Source of the DNA: an uncultured Clostridia bacterium
GTDB taxonomy: Bacteria; Bacillota; Clostridia; TANB77; CAG-508
Length of the DNA: 64,000 bases
Assembly: GCA_947628735.1 (NCBI GenBank)
Contig: CANRAY010000001.1
Span: 10,391-74,390 of the forward strand
Direction: 5' to 3'
Each line of letters starts with the position of its first letter. The stretch's first letter is position 1. Below the pieces are notes generated by a model that did no database searches, was not told the DNA's origin, and saw nothing but the letters and a program-made list of their open reading frames with translations. The translations under genes and the position numbers were made by a program. Below, piece by piece: positions 1-10,011 of this stretch.

Positions 1-1482
1 AATGATCTGTCCATCTTCGCCTAACACATTAAATGCTGCTGCATCAACACGAATTGCTTCATATTGAATAAATGGATCCATATCATAAAATTGGCCTTCT
101 TCGTCTGAAAAGTGATCTGTATCATGTTTATAAGCTCCATCTAAAATATCTTTTGCTTCTGAATATTTTTCTGAAAATACAAATTTTTTAATTTTGTCAT
201 CATACATATAGAAATTTACAGTCCAATCCACTTTATACTTAACATCCATATTAATATTTTTATCATACATCAATCTACTATTTGTTTTAGATAATAACGT
301 ATCATCTATATCAACATTATATAAAAGCACTGAACCTTTTGGATTTTGAAGATCAATTGCAGTTGATATACTTTCAGTATTTGACTGTACTTTTTCAAGT
401 TTTCCTTTTGTATCTGTTGACCAACCCTCCAAATATGCTGTAGCTTTAAATTGAAGACTGTTAGTTGTTGCTTCTATTTTGTTATATGCATCAATAGGAT
501 ATTCCATAACGATATTGGCTTGATAAAGATTCTCATAGTAAATAACACTTCCAATACCATTATTTAATGGATTTTCCATGTGAATTTCTAAACTACCTGT
601 TGCTGAATCATAATCTACTTTAGTAATATTCTTTTTAGATGCACTTATATCATTTACATAAACAGATGTAGGATAATAATCTCCCATTTTAGGAGCATTT
701 CCTTTAATTACAGTTCCTGCATCTGGTGCCATTGCAGTAAAACCTTCTCCAGTTCTTGTAAATACATATGGATTACAAATTATATATACTTTTTCACTTT
801 TTGAATCTACAACAAAAACATTATCAGCTGCTCTACACCAAAATCCTTGTACAAATTCATATTCAATACTTCCATACCAATCAATTCTAAATTCAATTTC
901 TTTTGTAATTGTTTTAGTAACTCCATCACTTCCAGTATAATCACCTGTAAAAGTTAATTTATTAGTTTTAGAAAGAAGATTAACATCAAAAGTATTCATA
1001 TATTCTGAGTCAAAAATATTTTGTTTCATAGTAATATCTACTGGTTTATTATGACCAGCTGTCATTTCATTAAACGAAATTGTTCTACTTGTTACACTCT
1101 TGACATACTCATCTGTTGGAATATTTCTTACCATTGAGAAATTTCCATTTGATTCTAAAGTAATTTTTGCATTCTTTAATGTTCCTTGAGTATCAACTGT
1201 TAGCTTAGTTTTTAAAACAACACTTTCATTCAATTCTTGCCTAATTCCTGAATATTTTTTTCCATCTGGCGACTCAAAATATGCTTCAAATTTTACAAAT
1301 TCCGAATCTGTTTTTGATATATCACCTGTTAATTCTTCAAAAGCATCAAATGTTGCAGTTTGAGAAGACGCTGCTTCTGTTATTTGGATATTTGCAAAAC
1401 AACTTAGTACTGTTGTAACTAGGCATATTATCATAGCTATTAAAACCAAAACTTTTACTTTACTTGTTAATCTTCCCTTCAT
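1..1482 (-). CDS. Giant cell-surface protein paralog P1; only the N-terminal 494 codons are present because the gene runs off the left edge
   Basis: The ORF is open to the window edge, so it is not in the ORF track. My own minus-strand translation from the ATG at 1482 gives MKGRLTSKVKVLVLIAMIICLVTTVLSCFANIQITEAAS, a signal peptide. It continues with FVKFEAYFESPDGKKYSGIRQELNE, EFRIDWYGSIEYEF, NPKGSVLLYNVDIDD and DTDHF, all shared with the 3561-aa and 2611-aa ORFs. The RBS AGAGGT lies 6 nt upstream. Confidence 0.85.
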   Translation of the reverse strand, partial: MKGRLTSKVKVLVLIAMIICLVTTVLSCFANIQITEAASSQTATFDAFEELTGDISKTDSEFVKFEAYFESPDGKKYSGIRQELNESVVLKTKLTVDTQGTLKNAKITLESNGNFSMVRNIPTDEYVKSVTSRTISFNEMTAGHNKPVDITMKQNIFDSEYMNTFDVNLLSKTNKLTFTGDYTGSDGVTKTITKEIEFRIDWYGSIEYEFVQGFWCRAADNVFVVDSKSEKVYIICNPYVFTRTGEGFTAMAPDAGTVIKGNAPKMGDYYPTSVYVNDISASKKNITKVDYDSATGSLEIHMENPLNNGIGSVIYYENLYQANIVMEYPIDAYNKIEATTNSLQFKATAYLEGWSTDTKGKLEKVQSNTESISTAIDLQNPKGSVLLYNVDIDDTLLSKTNSRLMYDKNINMDVKYKVDWTVNFYMYDDKIKKFVFSEKYSEAKDILDGAYKHDTDHFSDEEGQFYDMDPFIQYEAIRVDAAAFNVLGEDGQII

Positions 1483-1660
1483 AATCTTACCTCTTTTTGT
1501 TATTAATATAATAATATATATATATTTATATTAGCTTGGTTTTAAAAAGCCGTCAATTCCTTGCGCGCGTGTAATTTTTTCCATTTTTCTTACTTTCTTA
1601 CGGAAAACAATTATTAGCATATTATTAAAAATTATTTACATTTTTGTAATATTTTGTTAA
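1483..1660 (-). promoter_or_regulatory. Conserved 5' regulatory module of P1, including a SigA-type promoter (-35 TTGACG at 1551-1556, 17-nt spacer, -10 TAATAT at 1528-1533)
   Basis: The minus strand reads TTGACG-N17-TAATAT about 45 nt upstream of the ATG. The whole block aligns in long identical runs with 58571-58750 upstream of P3, for example CCGTCAATT, CCATTTTTCTT, TTACGGAAAA, ATTATTAA and ACATTTTTGT. Confidence 0.55.
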
Positions 1661-1679
1661 TTTTACAAGCATTCAAAAT

Positions 1680-1706
1680 CAAGAAAAGAGAGGTTTCCCT
1701 CTCTTC
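1680..1706 (-). terminator. Rho-independent terminator of smc
   Basis: The minus strand reads AAGAGAGG-GAAA-CCTCTCTT followed by TTTCTTGATTTT. It lies about 25 nt after the smc stop codon. Confidence 0.7.
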
Positions 1707-1729
1707 CCTAAATTTTTATGATTTAATTT

Positions 1730-4700
1730 TTACGATTTTAATCTCATTGATAACAATTTACTAATTCCATTCTCCTCCATAGTAACACCATAAACTGTAT
1801 CTGCAACTTCCATAGTTCCTTTTCTATGTGTAATTACCAAAAATTGTGTTTCTTTACAGAATTTTTTCAAATATTCTGCAAAACGATATACATTTACATC
1901 ATCTAGTGCTGCTTCTATTTCATCCAAAATACAGAAGGGTGCAGGATTTATCTTTAAAATTGCAAATAAAAGTGCTATTGCTGTAAAAGCTTTTTCTCCT
2001 CCAGAAAGTAACATCATATTTTGTAACTTCTTTCCTGTTGGTTGAACTTGAATATCAATTCCACATTCTAGAATATTTGATTCATCCTGTAAAATAAGTT
2101 CTGCTTTACCACCACCAAATAATTCTACAAATACTTCATTAAAGTTTTTATTTATCTGCTTAAACTTTTCAGCAAATTGAGATTTCATCGTTTCTGTCAT
2201 ATCTTCAATCATTTTACGCAATTTTGTTGCTGTATTTTCCAAATCTAAACGTTGTTCACACATGAAATCATATCTTTCTTTTGTTTTTTTGTATTCTTCA
2301 ATAGCATCAATATTAATACTTCCTAAATCTTTTATTTCATTTCTAATACGATTAACTTCTTTTTGTGTCTGTGCAATATTTTCTGGTTTTTTATATTCTT
2401 CTACCATATTAGGAGTTAATTCATATTCTTCCCATAAGCCATTTACTTCTTGCTCTAAATCTTGCTCTAATTTAGTTTTCTTAACATCTAATTTAACTAT
2501 CTGCTCTTTTAGACCTTCTAATACTTCAAATTGATCATTAATCTTTGATTCTGTTTTAGATAATTCTTCATTTTTAGCAATTCTTGTCTTTTTTAATTCA
2601 TCCACTTTTGAACTACTATTTTGAACATCAGATTTAATCTTCTCTATTTCTTGTTGTAGATTAATAATTTTTGTATCTAATTCTGTATTTTCTTCAATAA
2701 TTGCTTTAACATTACTTTTCTTCGCTTCCATACTCTTATCTTGATTTTCAATATCAGCTTTAATTCTATCAATCATTTCATCAATTGAAGTACCACTTTC
2801 TTCAAATGAAGTAACTGATATTTTTAAATTTGTAATGTCAAAATTCAAATCATCTATATACTTTTGGTTTTCTTTATTTTTTAATGCAAACTCTTCAACA
2901 ACTTTACTTAGATCACTAATTTCTATATTCAAAGTCTCAATTTCTTTTTGTTTTTCTTCCTTCAAGTGAATAATTTCTTCCTTTTGTTGTTTCAATGTTT
3001 CTTGTTCTGCCTTATATTTATCTCTTTCTCCTTCTAATCTACTAATATTACTTTCAACTGCTACCATTTTTTGATTTTCCGTTGCAAAAACCACTTCTAT
3101 TTCTTGTAATTCTTTTTCTAATCGTGTTGTTTCTTCGATAACATCTGTTACTGAAGTACTATATTTTTCCTTTTCGTTTGATACATTCTCTATTTGATGT
3201 TTTAAATCTTTTATTTTTTTATCAATCTCCTCTATTTCTCTACTTCTTCCAAGAATATTAACTGTCTTTTTTACAACACTTCCTCCAGTAATACTTCCTG
3301 AAGGACTAATAATATCTCCTTCTAATGTAACAATACGAAAATTATATGAATTTAATTTAGCTACTTCTATTGCTGATTTCATATTTTCAACTACCAAGGT
3401 TCTTCCAAGAAGATTTAAAATAATTTGCTCGTATTTTTTATCACATTTTACTAGATCAGAAGCAATTCCAATAATACCTTCAGCACTGTTTTTTATAATT
3501 CTATCTAATTTTTTACCTTTAACAGAAGACATTGGTAAAAAGGAAGCTCTACCCAAATTATTAACTCTTAAATGTTCTATTAGTTTTTTAGCATCATCCT
3601 CTGTTTTGGTTACAATATTTTGCAAAGCCTGTCCCAAACACATTTCTATTGCAGTTTCATATTTTTTATCTACAGAAATAATATTTGCAAGAACACCTTC
3701 CATTCCTTTATTTAGGCTAGAATCTTTTTCACAGTCATTCAATAAAGTTTTAACACTCTTTATATATCCTTCTTTTTCCTTTTCTGTTTCTATTAAAAAT
3801 TTCAATCGAGAATCTTTCATTCTCATTTCATCTTCTAGATTTCTTATTCTATCATCAAATTCTTTTATTTTGTCCATACAAGCTTGTTTTTCATGTTGCT
3901 TTTCTTCTAAGATTTTAGCTTGTTTATCCTTCTTTGCTTGAATTTCATAAAAGCCTTTTCCTAATTCTTGTTTATTTGTTCTTTCATGATCTAACTGTGA
4001 AATTATAGATGTAAGCTCATTTTCAATTGTTTTTTCTCTCTTTTCTATATTTTCAAAATTAACATCTTTATTACTAATAAATTCTGTTATTTCATATTTT
4101 GCATCAGTATCTTGTTCAATCTTCTTTTTCTTTTCTTCAATAGAAATTTCCTCATCAGATAACTTTTGTGTTAATTCCGCTAATTCTTTTTCCTTATTTG
4201 TTAATTCCTCTTGAAATTTTCCTTTATTTAAAACAAGATTTTCTTTTTTAACTTCTTTTTGATGTATTTCTTCTTGCAAAGTATTTTTTCTTTGTTCTAT
4301 TTCTTCTATTTCTTTCTCTAATCTTTCACAATTAGTTGCATTATTCTGCATTTTTTCTTTTGTGATACCAATTTCAGAATTAATTTTTTCAATTTTATTA
4401 GTACTTTCAAATCCTAAATTTTGCAATTCTTCAACATTTACTGTAATCTGATCTACCTCTTGTTTTAGTTGTTCTTTTGCTGTTTGAAGTTGTTGCATTT
4501 TTTCATCTTCAGTTTGTTTCTGATCTTGCATAATTTCAACATCTTTAACAACTTGAGCTAATTTTTCTTTATATGTTTCAATATGATGCAAAAATAAACC
4601 TACTTCTATGCTTTTCAATTCTTCTCGTAAGTCTAAAAACTTTTTTGCTTTATCTGCTTGGATTTTTAGTGGATCGATATTAGCTTCTATTTCTGCTAAT

Positions 4701-5281
4701 ATGTCATTAATTCTAAGTAAATTTAATTTTGTTTGTTCTAACTTTTTTTCTGATTCTTCTTTTCTTGTACGATATTTTACAATTCCTGCCGCTTCTTCAA
4801 AAATATGTCTTCTATCTTCAGATTTATTACTTAAAACCTCATCTATCCTACCCTGCCCAATAATACTATATCCATCTTTTCCAATTCCAGTATCCATAAA
4901 TAGCTCTGTGATATCTTTTAATCTGCATGGCGTTTTATTAATAAAATATCCAGTTTCACCACTTCTATAAATTTTTCTTGTTACTGTTACCTCTGAATAT
5001 TCAACAGGAAGCTTACCATCTGTATTATCTATTACAATACTAATTTCTGCAAACCCTAATGATTTTCTGGCTTGTGTTCCAGCAAAAATAACATCTTCTG
5101 ATTTAGCTCCTCTAAGAGCTTTCATACTTTGTTCTCCTAAAACCCAACGAATTGCATCTGAAATATTACTTTTTCCAGAACCATTTGGTCCAATAACAGC
5201 AGTTATTCCTTCTTTAAATTCCAATACTGTTTTATCTGCAAAAGATTTAAATCCTTGCAATTCCATCCTTTTTAAATACAT
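1730..5281 (-). CDS. smc: Chromosome partition protein SMC
   Basis: 1183 aa. It has an N-terminal Walker A (GPNGSGKSN), long coiled coils, a hinge, and a C-terminal LSGGEK signature with Walker B (ILDEIEAALD). Confidence 0.97.
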   Translation of the reverse strand: MYLKRMELQGFKSFADKTVLEFKEGITAVIGPNGSGKSNISDAIRWVLGEQSMKALRGAKSEDVIFAGTQARKSLGFAEISIVIDNTDGKLPVEYSEVTVTRKIYRSGETGYFINKTPCRLKDITELFMDTGIGKDGYSIIGQGRIDEVLSNKSEDRRHIFEEAAGIVKYRTRKEESEKKLEQTKLNLLRINDILAEIEANIDPLKIQADKAKKFLDLREELKSIEVGLFLHHIETYKEKLAQVVKDVEIMQDQKQTEDEKMQQLQTAKEQLKQEVDQITVNVEELQNLGFESTNKIEKINSEIGITKEKMQNNATNCERLEKEIEEIEQRKNTLQEEIHQKEVKKENLVLNKGKFQEELTNKEKELAELTQKLSDEEISIEEKKKKIEQDTDAKYEITEFISNKDVNFENIEKREKTIENELTSIISQLDHERTNKQELGKGFYEIQAKKDKQAKILEEKQHEKQACMDKIKEFDDRIRNLEDEMRMKDSRLKFLIETEKEKEGYIKSVKTLLNDCEKDSSLNKGMEGVLANIISVDKKYETAIEMCLGQALQNIVTKTEDDAKKLIEHLRVNNLGRASFLPMSSVKGKKLDRIIKNSAEGIIGIASDLVKCDKKYEQIILNLLGRTLVVENMKSAIEVAKLNSYNFRIVTLEGDIISPSGSITGGSVVKKTVNILGRSREIEEIDKKIKDLKHQIENVSNEKEKYSTSVTDVIEETTRLEKELQEIEVVFATENQKMVAVESNISRLEGERDKYKAEQETLKQQKEEIIHLKEEKQKEIETLNIEISDLSKVVEEFALKNKENQKYIDDLNFDITNLKISVTSFEESGTSIDEMIDRIKADIENQDKSMEAKKSNVKAIIEENTELDTKIINLQQEIEKIKSDVQNSSSKVDELKKTRIAKNEELSKTESKINDQFEVLEGLKEQIVKLDVKKTKLEQDLEQEVNGLWEEYELTPNMVEEYKKPENIAQTQKEVNRIRNEIKDLGSINIDAIEEYKKTKERYDFMCEQRLDLENTATKLRKMIEDMTETMKSQFAEKFKQINKNFNEVFVELFGGGKAELILQDESNILECGIDIQVQPTGKKLQNMMLLSGGEKAFTAIALLFAILKINPAPFCILDEIEAALDDVNVYRFAEYLKKFCKETQFLVITHRKGTMEVADTVYGVTMEENGISKLLSMRLKS

Positions 5282-5308
5282 TTTTTCACCTAATTTCTTA
5301 TGTAGTTT

Positions 5309-6586
5309 TTATATAATATTTATCTGATTAACTTTTTTTATTGCTTCATTAACATCAACTTGTTCAAATTTTCTATTTTTCATTAAAATTTTTCCTTTAA
5401 CAATAGTTGTATCCACATCTCTTCCGCTTGTATTATATACTAAATTAGAAATAATGTCATGATTTGGTAACATAGATATATGATCTAATTTTGATGAAAT
5501 ATCTACTAAAATAATATCTGCATCTTTTCCTTCTTCCAAGCTACCAATCCTATCTTCCAATCCTAAAAGTTTCGCTCCTTCAATTGTTGCCATTTTTATA
5601 ACATCTCTGGATGTAATTCTATCTGCATCTTCATAAATACCTCCTTGCATTAAACATGCTGTACGTAAAGATTCAAACATATCCAAATTATTTCCAGAAC
5701 CAGCACCATCTGTTCCCAATGCAACTGTTATTCCTGCTTTTTTATACTTTGTAACATCTGCAATTTTACATCCTAAACGTAAATTTGAAACCGGATTATG
5801 TGCAATTCCGCAATCCATTGTTTTTAATACTTCTATATCTTGATCATTTAATTTTACACCATGAGCTAATATTGTATGAATTCCATCAAAATATTTTTTC
5901 AAAACTTTACTTGCTTCTTCACCATGGAGTTCCTTTATAGAATTAATTTCATCAATACTCTCTAAGAAATGAACATGTATTGGTAAATTATATTCCACTG
6001 CTAAATCTCTTGCTTTTTTCAAGCAATTGCCTGAACAAGTATATAATCCATGTGGTGCAACTGAATAAGTAATTAAATCATTATTTTCATCTCTTGACTC
6101 ATAAAAATCTCTAAATTCTTGTATTCTAACATTTAAATCAGAGCCATCTGTATCCATAAGAGGTCTTGTTAAAACTGCTCTCATTCCCATTTTTTCTGCT
6201 GCTTTTCTTGTTTCTTCTGGCATGAAATATTGATCATTAAAACAAGTAGTTCCTGTTGCGATCATTTCTATCATAGAAAATATACTAGCATCATAAATTT
6301 GCTCTTTTGTTAACTTATCTTCTATTGGCCATATCTTTTTGTGTAACCATGTAAATAGATCACATCCTTCAAAAGTTCCTCTAAAAAGACACATAGCAAT
6401 ATGAGTGTGTGTATTAATTAAACCTGGCATAACTATTTTATCTGTTGCATCAATAATTTCCTCGCCATCAGCTTTTATTTGATCTTCTATTTTTGTAATC
6501 TTTCCTTCTTGAATTAAGACATCCTTTTCTTCTATAACAACATCATCATTTTTAAATAATAGTACCTTACCATTCTTAATAATCAT
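5309..6586 (-). CDS. mtaD: Amidohydrolase of the 5-methylthioadenosine/S-adenosylhomocysteine deaminase type
   Basis: It carries the motifs PGLINTHTHIAM and FRGxxxxxxLxxWLxxKIWP, plus the His and Asp metal ligands typical of MtaD-type amidohydrolases. I place the start at MIIKNGK (6586), which follows AAGGAA; the track ORF extends to 6634. Confidence 0.8.
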   Translation of the reverse strand: MIIKNGKVLLFKNDDVVIEEKDVLIQEGKITKIEDQIKADGEEIIDATDKIVMPGLINTHTHIAMCLFRGTFEGCDLFTWLHKKIWPIEDKLTKEQIYDASIFSMIEMIATGTTCFNDQYFMPEETRKAAEKMGMRAVLTRPLMDTDGSDLNVRIQEFRDFYESRDENNDLITYSVAPHGLYTCSGNCLKKARDLAVEYNLPIHVHFLESIDEINSIKELHGEEASKVLKKYFDGIHTILAHGVKLNDQDIEVLKTMDCGIAHNPVSNLRLGCKIADVTKYKKAGITVALGTDGAGSGNNLDMFESLRTACLMQGGIYEDADRITSRDVIKMATIEGAKLLGLEDRIGSLEEGKDADIILVDISSKLDHISMLPNHDIISNLVYNTSGRDVDTTIVKGKILMKNRKFEQVDVNEAIKKVNQINII

Positions 6587-6778
6587 GCCATTTCCTTCTT
6601 TCCGTAAATAAATTTCTATATAATAACATATCATAAATTCTTTTATATTTCTATAATTCTATGACAAAATAATATATATTTCAATGGTTTTTAATTTTAA
6701 TTTTCATTTATTGACCTTATTATATTTTTGTAGTATTATTAAATTAAAGTTACAAATGAAAAATAAAGGAGAAACTCG

Positions 6779-7714
6779 ATGCAAGAAAAATTTGATTTTT
6801 ATAGCTCAGTTAATTTAAAGTCTTATAACTTAGATCAAACCATGAAATATCAGTTACAAATGTTAGAACGTTTAGATAGATTTACAAGAACACACAGTGA
6901 AAATGTTGCAAACCTAGTTTGTAGAATGTGTGAATATTTACATTGTTCTAAACCATTTACAATTCATGCTACAATTTCAGGATATTTACATGATATTGGA
7001 AAATTATTTATTCCACCAGAAATTTTAGGAAAACCAACACAATTAACTGAAGAAGAATTTGAAATTATGAAAACACATACTACTTTAGGATACGAAATGT
7101 GTATGAAAGACCTAAATCTTCGTCCTTATGCTTTAGGAGCATTAAATCACCATGAAGCATTAAATGGAACCGGATATCCAAATGGAATTACAAAGGCTGA
7201 CATTCCTTATGAAGCTCAAATTATTCGTGTAGCAGATGAATATGATGCAATTGTTACCAAAAGGCAATACAAAACACACGTAAATATTTCTGAAACACTA
7301 AAAGAACTTATTAAGGATGCTCAACCAGATCCAAGATTTGTTGCCTTAGATCATTTAGCAGAAAATTCTAAAGTAGGAAAAATTAATAAAAAAGCTTTAA
7401 AAGTATTATTTAAAGTTGTTATAGACGATACATTATATGAAATATCTGGTGTTATTGATTATATTGATTATTTAAAAGATCAAATTAAAAGATTAGAAAT
7501 GATTGATAAATACCATCAAAAAATGGAAAATTCAAATAAAGAAAAAACAAAAAATTATTATCTTGAAGGAATAAAATTTTTATTACAACCTGATGAAACA
7601 GTTGAGAATTACAGTCAAATACTAAGTGAATATAGAGCTGCTGTTGTAATGCGTCAAGACAGAATTAAACAACTTTACAAAGAAATTGATATTATTAAAA
7701 AATTAAAAGTATAA
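6779..7714 (+). CDS. Stand-alone HD-GYP domain protein (putative cyclic-dinucleotide phosphodiesterase) with a C-terminal helical extension
   Basis: It contains the HD motif (GYLHDIGK) and HHEALNGTGYPNG (HHExxxGxGYP). The RBS AAAGGAG lies 7 nt upstream. The last ~110 aa appear helical or coiled-coil and match no domain I recognise. Confidence 0.85.
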   Translation: MQEKFDFYSSVNLKSYNLDQTMKYQLQMLERLDRFTRTHSENVANLVCRMCEYLHCSKPFTIHATISGYLHDIGKLFIPPEILGKPTQLTEEEFEIMKTHTTLGYEMCMKDLNLRPYALGALNHHEALNGTGYPNGITKADIPYEAQIIRVADEYDAIVTKRQYKTHVNISETLKELIKDAQPDPRFVALDHLAENSKVGKINKKALKVLFKVVIDDTLYEISGVIDYIDYLKDQIKRLEMIDKYHQKMENSNKEKTKNYYLEGIKFLLQPDETVENYSQILSEYRAAVVMRQDRIKQLYKEIDIIKKLKV

Positions 7715-7723
7715 ACAAATATA

Positions 7724-7785
7724 AAAAACTATATCATAATCATTTGAAATAATAAAATATCTCAAATAATGATATAGTTTTTTAT
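7724..7785. terminator. Bidirectional terminator hairpin between the convergent HD-GYP gene and mazF
   Basis: AAAAAACTATATCAT ... ATGATATAGTTTTTT: 15-nt arms flanked by an A-run and a T-run, so it can act on either strand. Confidence 0.6.
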
Positions 7786-7786
7786 A

Positions 7787-8137
7787 TTATAATTCTAGAC
7801 CAAAGCTAACTTCTAAAGCATTATTCAACTTTGAAATAATCTCTTCATCATCTATATGCCCTATTTTTTCTTTTAGTCTACTTTTATCAATTGTTCTAAT
7901 TTGTTCAGTTAAAACAATAGAATCTGATTTAAGCCCTCCACTTTGTGTTCCTATTTCAATATGTGTTGGTAATTTATTTTTACCTGTTTGAGATGTAATA
8001 GCCGCTGCAATTACAGTAGGACTATGTTTATTACCAACATCATTTTGAATAATCAAAACCGGTCGTACTCCACCTTGTTCAGATCCTACTACAGGGCTTA
8101 AATCTGCATAAAACATATCTCCTCTTTTTATTACCAT
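7787..8137 (-). CDS. mazF: MazF/PemK-family endoribonuclease toxin (EndoA-like)
   Basis: MVIKRGDMFYADLSPVVGSEQGGVRPVLIIQNDVGNKHSPTVIAAAITSQ is near-canonical EndoA/MazF. AGGAG lies 8 nt upstream of the ATG at 8137, giving 116 aa; the track ORF begins at an upstream GTG. Confidence 0.9.
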   Translation of the reverse strand: MVIKRGDMFYADLSPVVGSEQGGVRPVLIIQNDVGNKHSPTVIAAAITSQTGKNKLPTHIEIGTQSGGLKSDSIVLTEQIRTIDKSRLKEKIGHIDDEEIISKLNNALEVSFGLEL

Positions 8138-8228
8138 ATTCTTCACTCCTAATAATTTCTAGCATTAAGGATTATTTATTGATATATTTTATATATTCGC
8201 TATTTTGAAATACGACGATGGTTTTTAA

Positions 8229-8945
8229 TTAATAAATTTCATCATATATCTTTTGTAACTTAAAAGCTAATACTTCTTCTTTTTGTAAACCATTTATCGT
8301 TATCTCATTATATAATATGTAAACAAGATTATTTTTGTTAATATCTTGAATAATTAGCTTTGTTGGTTTACCAGTACTTCTATCAACATATAGTTCTTTT
8401 TGATATACATATCGATTATCATCTTTTTTTGCCTTTGTTTTAAGAATTATTATTCCATTTTCTTCTTCTATTGTTGCCTGACCATTTCCTTTTCCTACTT
8501 GATAATCTTCAATAAATTCATTAAGCCATAAAAAATTATCAAATATGTCTTCATAGTTTTCATATATAGTACTTGCGTTTAATCTCGTATTATGAATTGT
8601 TAGTGTATTTCCATCATAAATTGTTTCGATTCCAGCTATATTTTTTGGTTCTATCACAGTTTGTTTTGATATATTTGGTTTTGTAAATTTCTGTGATAAA
8701 ATATATTGATTTTTATTTTTATTACTCTCAACAGTTACTTCAATTTCTGCTTCATAAGAGCCAATATTTAAAATATATTCTTCTATTTCCTCTAAAGTTT
8801 TATTACTCATATTATTTCCAACTTTTGAATTTTTATAATCATTTTTTACAAAAAAATATATAATTAAAGCAATTATAAAAAAAGCTATTAAAAATAAAAG
8901 AAAGATTTTTCTTTTATTTAACTGATGTATTGATTTTTCTTTCAT
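8229..8945 (-). CDS. Membrane-anchored hypothetical protein, possibly LolA-like or YdcC-like
   Basis: It has an N-terminal TM anchor (IFLLFLIAFFIIALIIYFFV) followed by a beta-rich domain. Its position directly upstream of an EndoA homolog recalls the B. subtilis order ydcC-alr-ndoAI-ndoA. GGAGG precedes the ATG at 8945. The family assignment is a recollection, not a search result. Confidence 0.45.
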   Translation of the reverse strand: MKEKSIHQLNKRKIFLLFLIAFFIIALIIYFFVKNDYKNSKVGNNMSNKTLEEIEEYILNIGSYEAEIEVTVESNKNKNQYILSQKFTKPNISKQTVIEPKNIAGIETIYDGNTLTIHNTRLNASTIYENYEDIFDNFLWLNEFIEDYQVGKGNGQATIEEENGIIILKTKAKKDDNRYVYQKELYVDRSTGKPTKLIIQDINKNNLVYILYNEITINGLQKEEVLAFKLQKIYDEIY

Positions 8946-8992
8946 ACAATTCCTCCATATCAAATTTTATAAAAAATTAGTAAATACTCAAT

Positions 8993-9017
8993 AAAAAAAG
9001 AGTAGTAAACTACTCTA
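8993..9017 (-). terminator. Terminator of dusB
   Basis: The minus strand reads AGAGTAG-TTTA-CTACTCT followed by TTTTTTT. Confidence 0.7.
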
Positions 9018-9025
9018 ATTTTATT

Positions 9026-9997
9026 CTACAATGATTCAAAATATTCAGTTAAACAATTTATTAAATCTTCTTTATTATCAATTCTATTAATTATATCTCT
9101 TATTCTACTTGCATCCTTCATATTATGAATATAAGCAGATAAATGTTTTCTCATTTCTTTAATTCCAACATCTTCACCTTTTGTTTCTATTTCTAAATTT
9201 ATATGCTCAATTATGATCTTTAATTTTTCTTGATAAGAAACTTCTTGATAATCTCTACCTGAAAGATAATCTTGAATATTTTTTAAAAGCCAAGGATTTC
9301 CCATACAAGCTCTTCCAATCATAATTCCGTCTACATTCGTTTCTTGAAACATTTTTAAAGCATTTTCTGGAGTTTTTATATCTCCATTACCAATAACCGG
9401 TATATTAACACTTTCTTTAACTTCTTTGATGATTTTCCAATCTGCCTTTCCTGCATAATATTCATCTCTAGTACGACCGTGAATTGTAATAGCAGAGGCA
9501 CCTGCTTGTTCAAATATTTTTGCTGCTTCTACTGCTACAATATGCTCATTATCCCATCCTTTTCTATATTTAACAGTTACAGGAACTTTACTTTGTTTTA
9601 CAACTTCTTCTACAATTTTACCTGCTAGTTCCAAATTTAAAAGTAACTTACTTCCATCACCATTTTTTACAACTTTTGGTGCAGGACATCCCATATTAAT
9701 ATCAACAATATCTGCATATTCACTAACATAACTAGCAGAACATTTCATTGCTTCAATATCATTTCCAAAAATCTGTACAGCTACTGGTCTTATTTCATTT
9801 TTCATACATAATAATTGCTTCGTTTTTTCATCATTATAAAAAATTCCTTTACTACTAATCATTTCTGTACAAACTAGTCCTGGAGAAAATTTTTCGCATA
9901 TTAATCTAAATGGCAGGTCTGTAATACCTGCCATTGGTGCCAATAATATATTATTTTTAAGTTCTACATTTCCTATTTTTATTTTTTGTAAATACAT
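9026..9997 (-). CDS. dusB: tRNA-dihydrouridine synthase
   Basis: It has LAPMAGITDLPFR, a TIM-barrel Dus signature (INMGCP, HGRTR) and a C-terminal helical domain. The likely start is MYLQKI (9997), which follows AAGGAA. Confidence 0.9.
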   Translation of the reverse strand: MYLQKIKIGNVELKNNILLAPMAGITDLPFRLICEKFSPGLVCTEMISSKGIFYNDEKTKQLLCMKNEIRPVAVQIFGNDIEAMKCSASYVSEYADIVDINMGCPAPKVVKNGDGSKLLLNLELAGKIVEEVVKQSKVPVTVKYRKGWDNEHIVAVEAAKIFEQAGASAITIHGRTRDEYYAGKADWKIIKEVKESVNIPVIGNGDIKTPENALKMFQETNVDGIMIGRACMGNPWLLKNIQDYLSGRDYQEVSYQEKLKIIIEHINLEIETKGEDVGIKEMRKHLSAYIHNMKDASRIRDIINRIDNKEDLINCLTEYFESL

Positions 9998-10011
9998 AAT
10001 TGTTTCCTTCA

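Noticed and set aside
1513-1526. (TA)n tracts between the -10 and the RBS of all three giant genes (also about 47056-47066 and 58608-58620), considered as phase-variation switches
   Set aside because: The tracts are short (5-6 units) and are common in such AT-rich DNA. They lie downstream of the -10 in P1 and P3, where length change would not alter promoter spacing. No evidence of variability can be obtained from a single sequence.
2262-4970. Plus-strand ORFs 2262-2534, 3606-3941 and 4608-4970 from the track
   Set aside because: They lie entirely antisense to smc. Their translations are low-complexity and S/F/L-rich, with no RBS. This is the typical mirror-frame artefact of an AT-rich, K/E-rich coiled-coil gene.
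6587-6634. N-terminal extensions of several track ORFs (mtaD to 6634, mazF to 8146, the 244-aa ORF to 8963, dusB to 10012, porG to 21601, dnaB to 28591, gdpP to 31056, rpoB to 38794, P2 to 47013)
   Set aside because: In each case an internal start has a well-spaced Shine-Dalgarno sequence and matches the usual family N-terminus, while the upstream start lacks an RBS. The shorter coordinates were used in the feature list.
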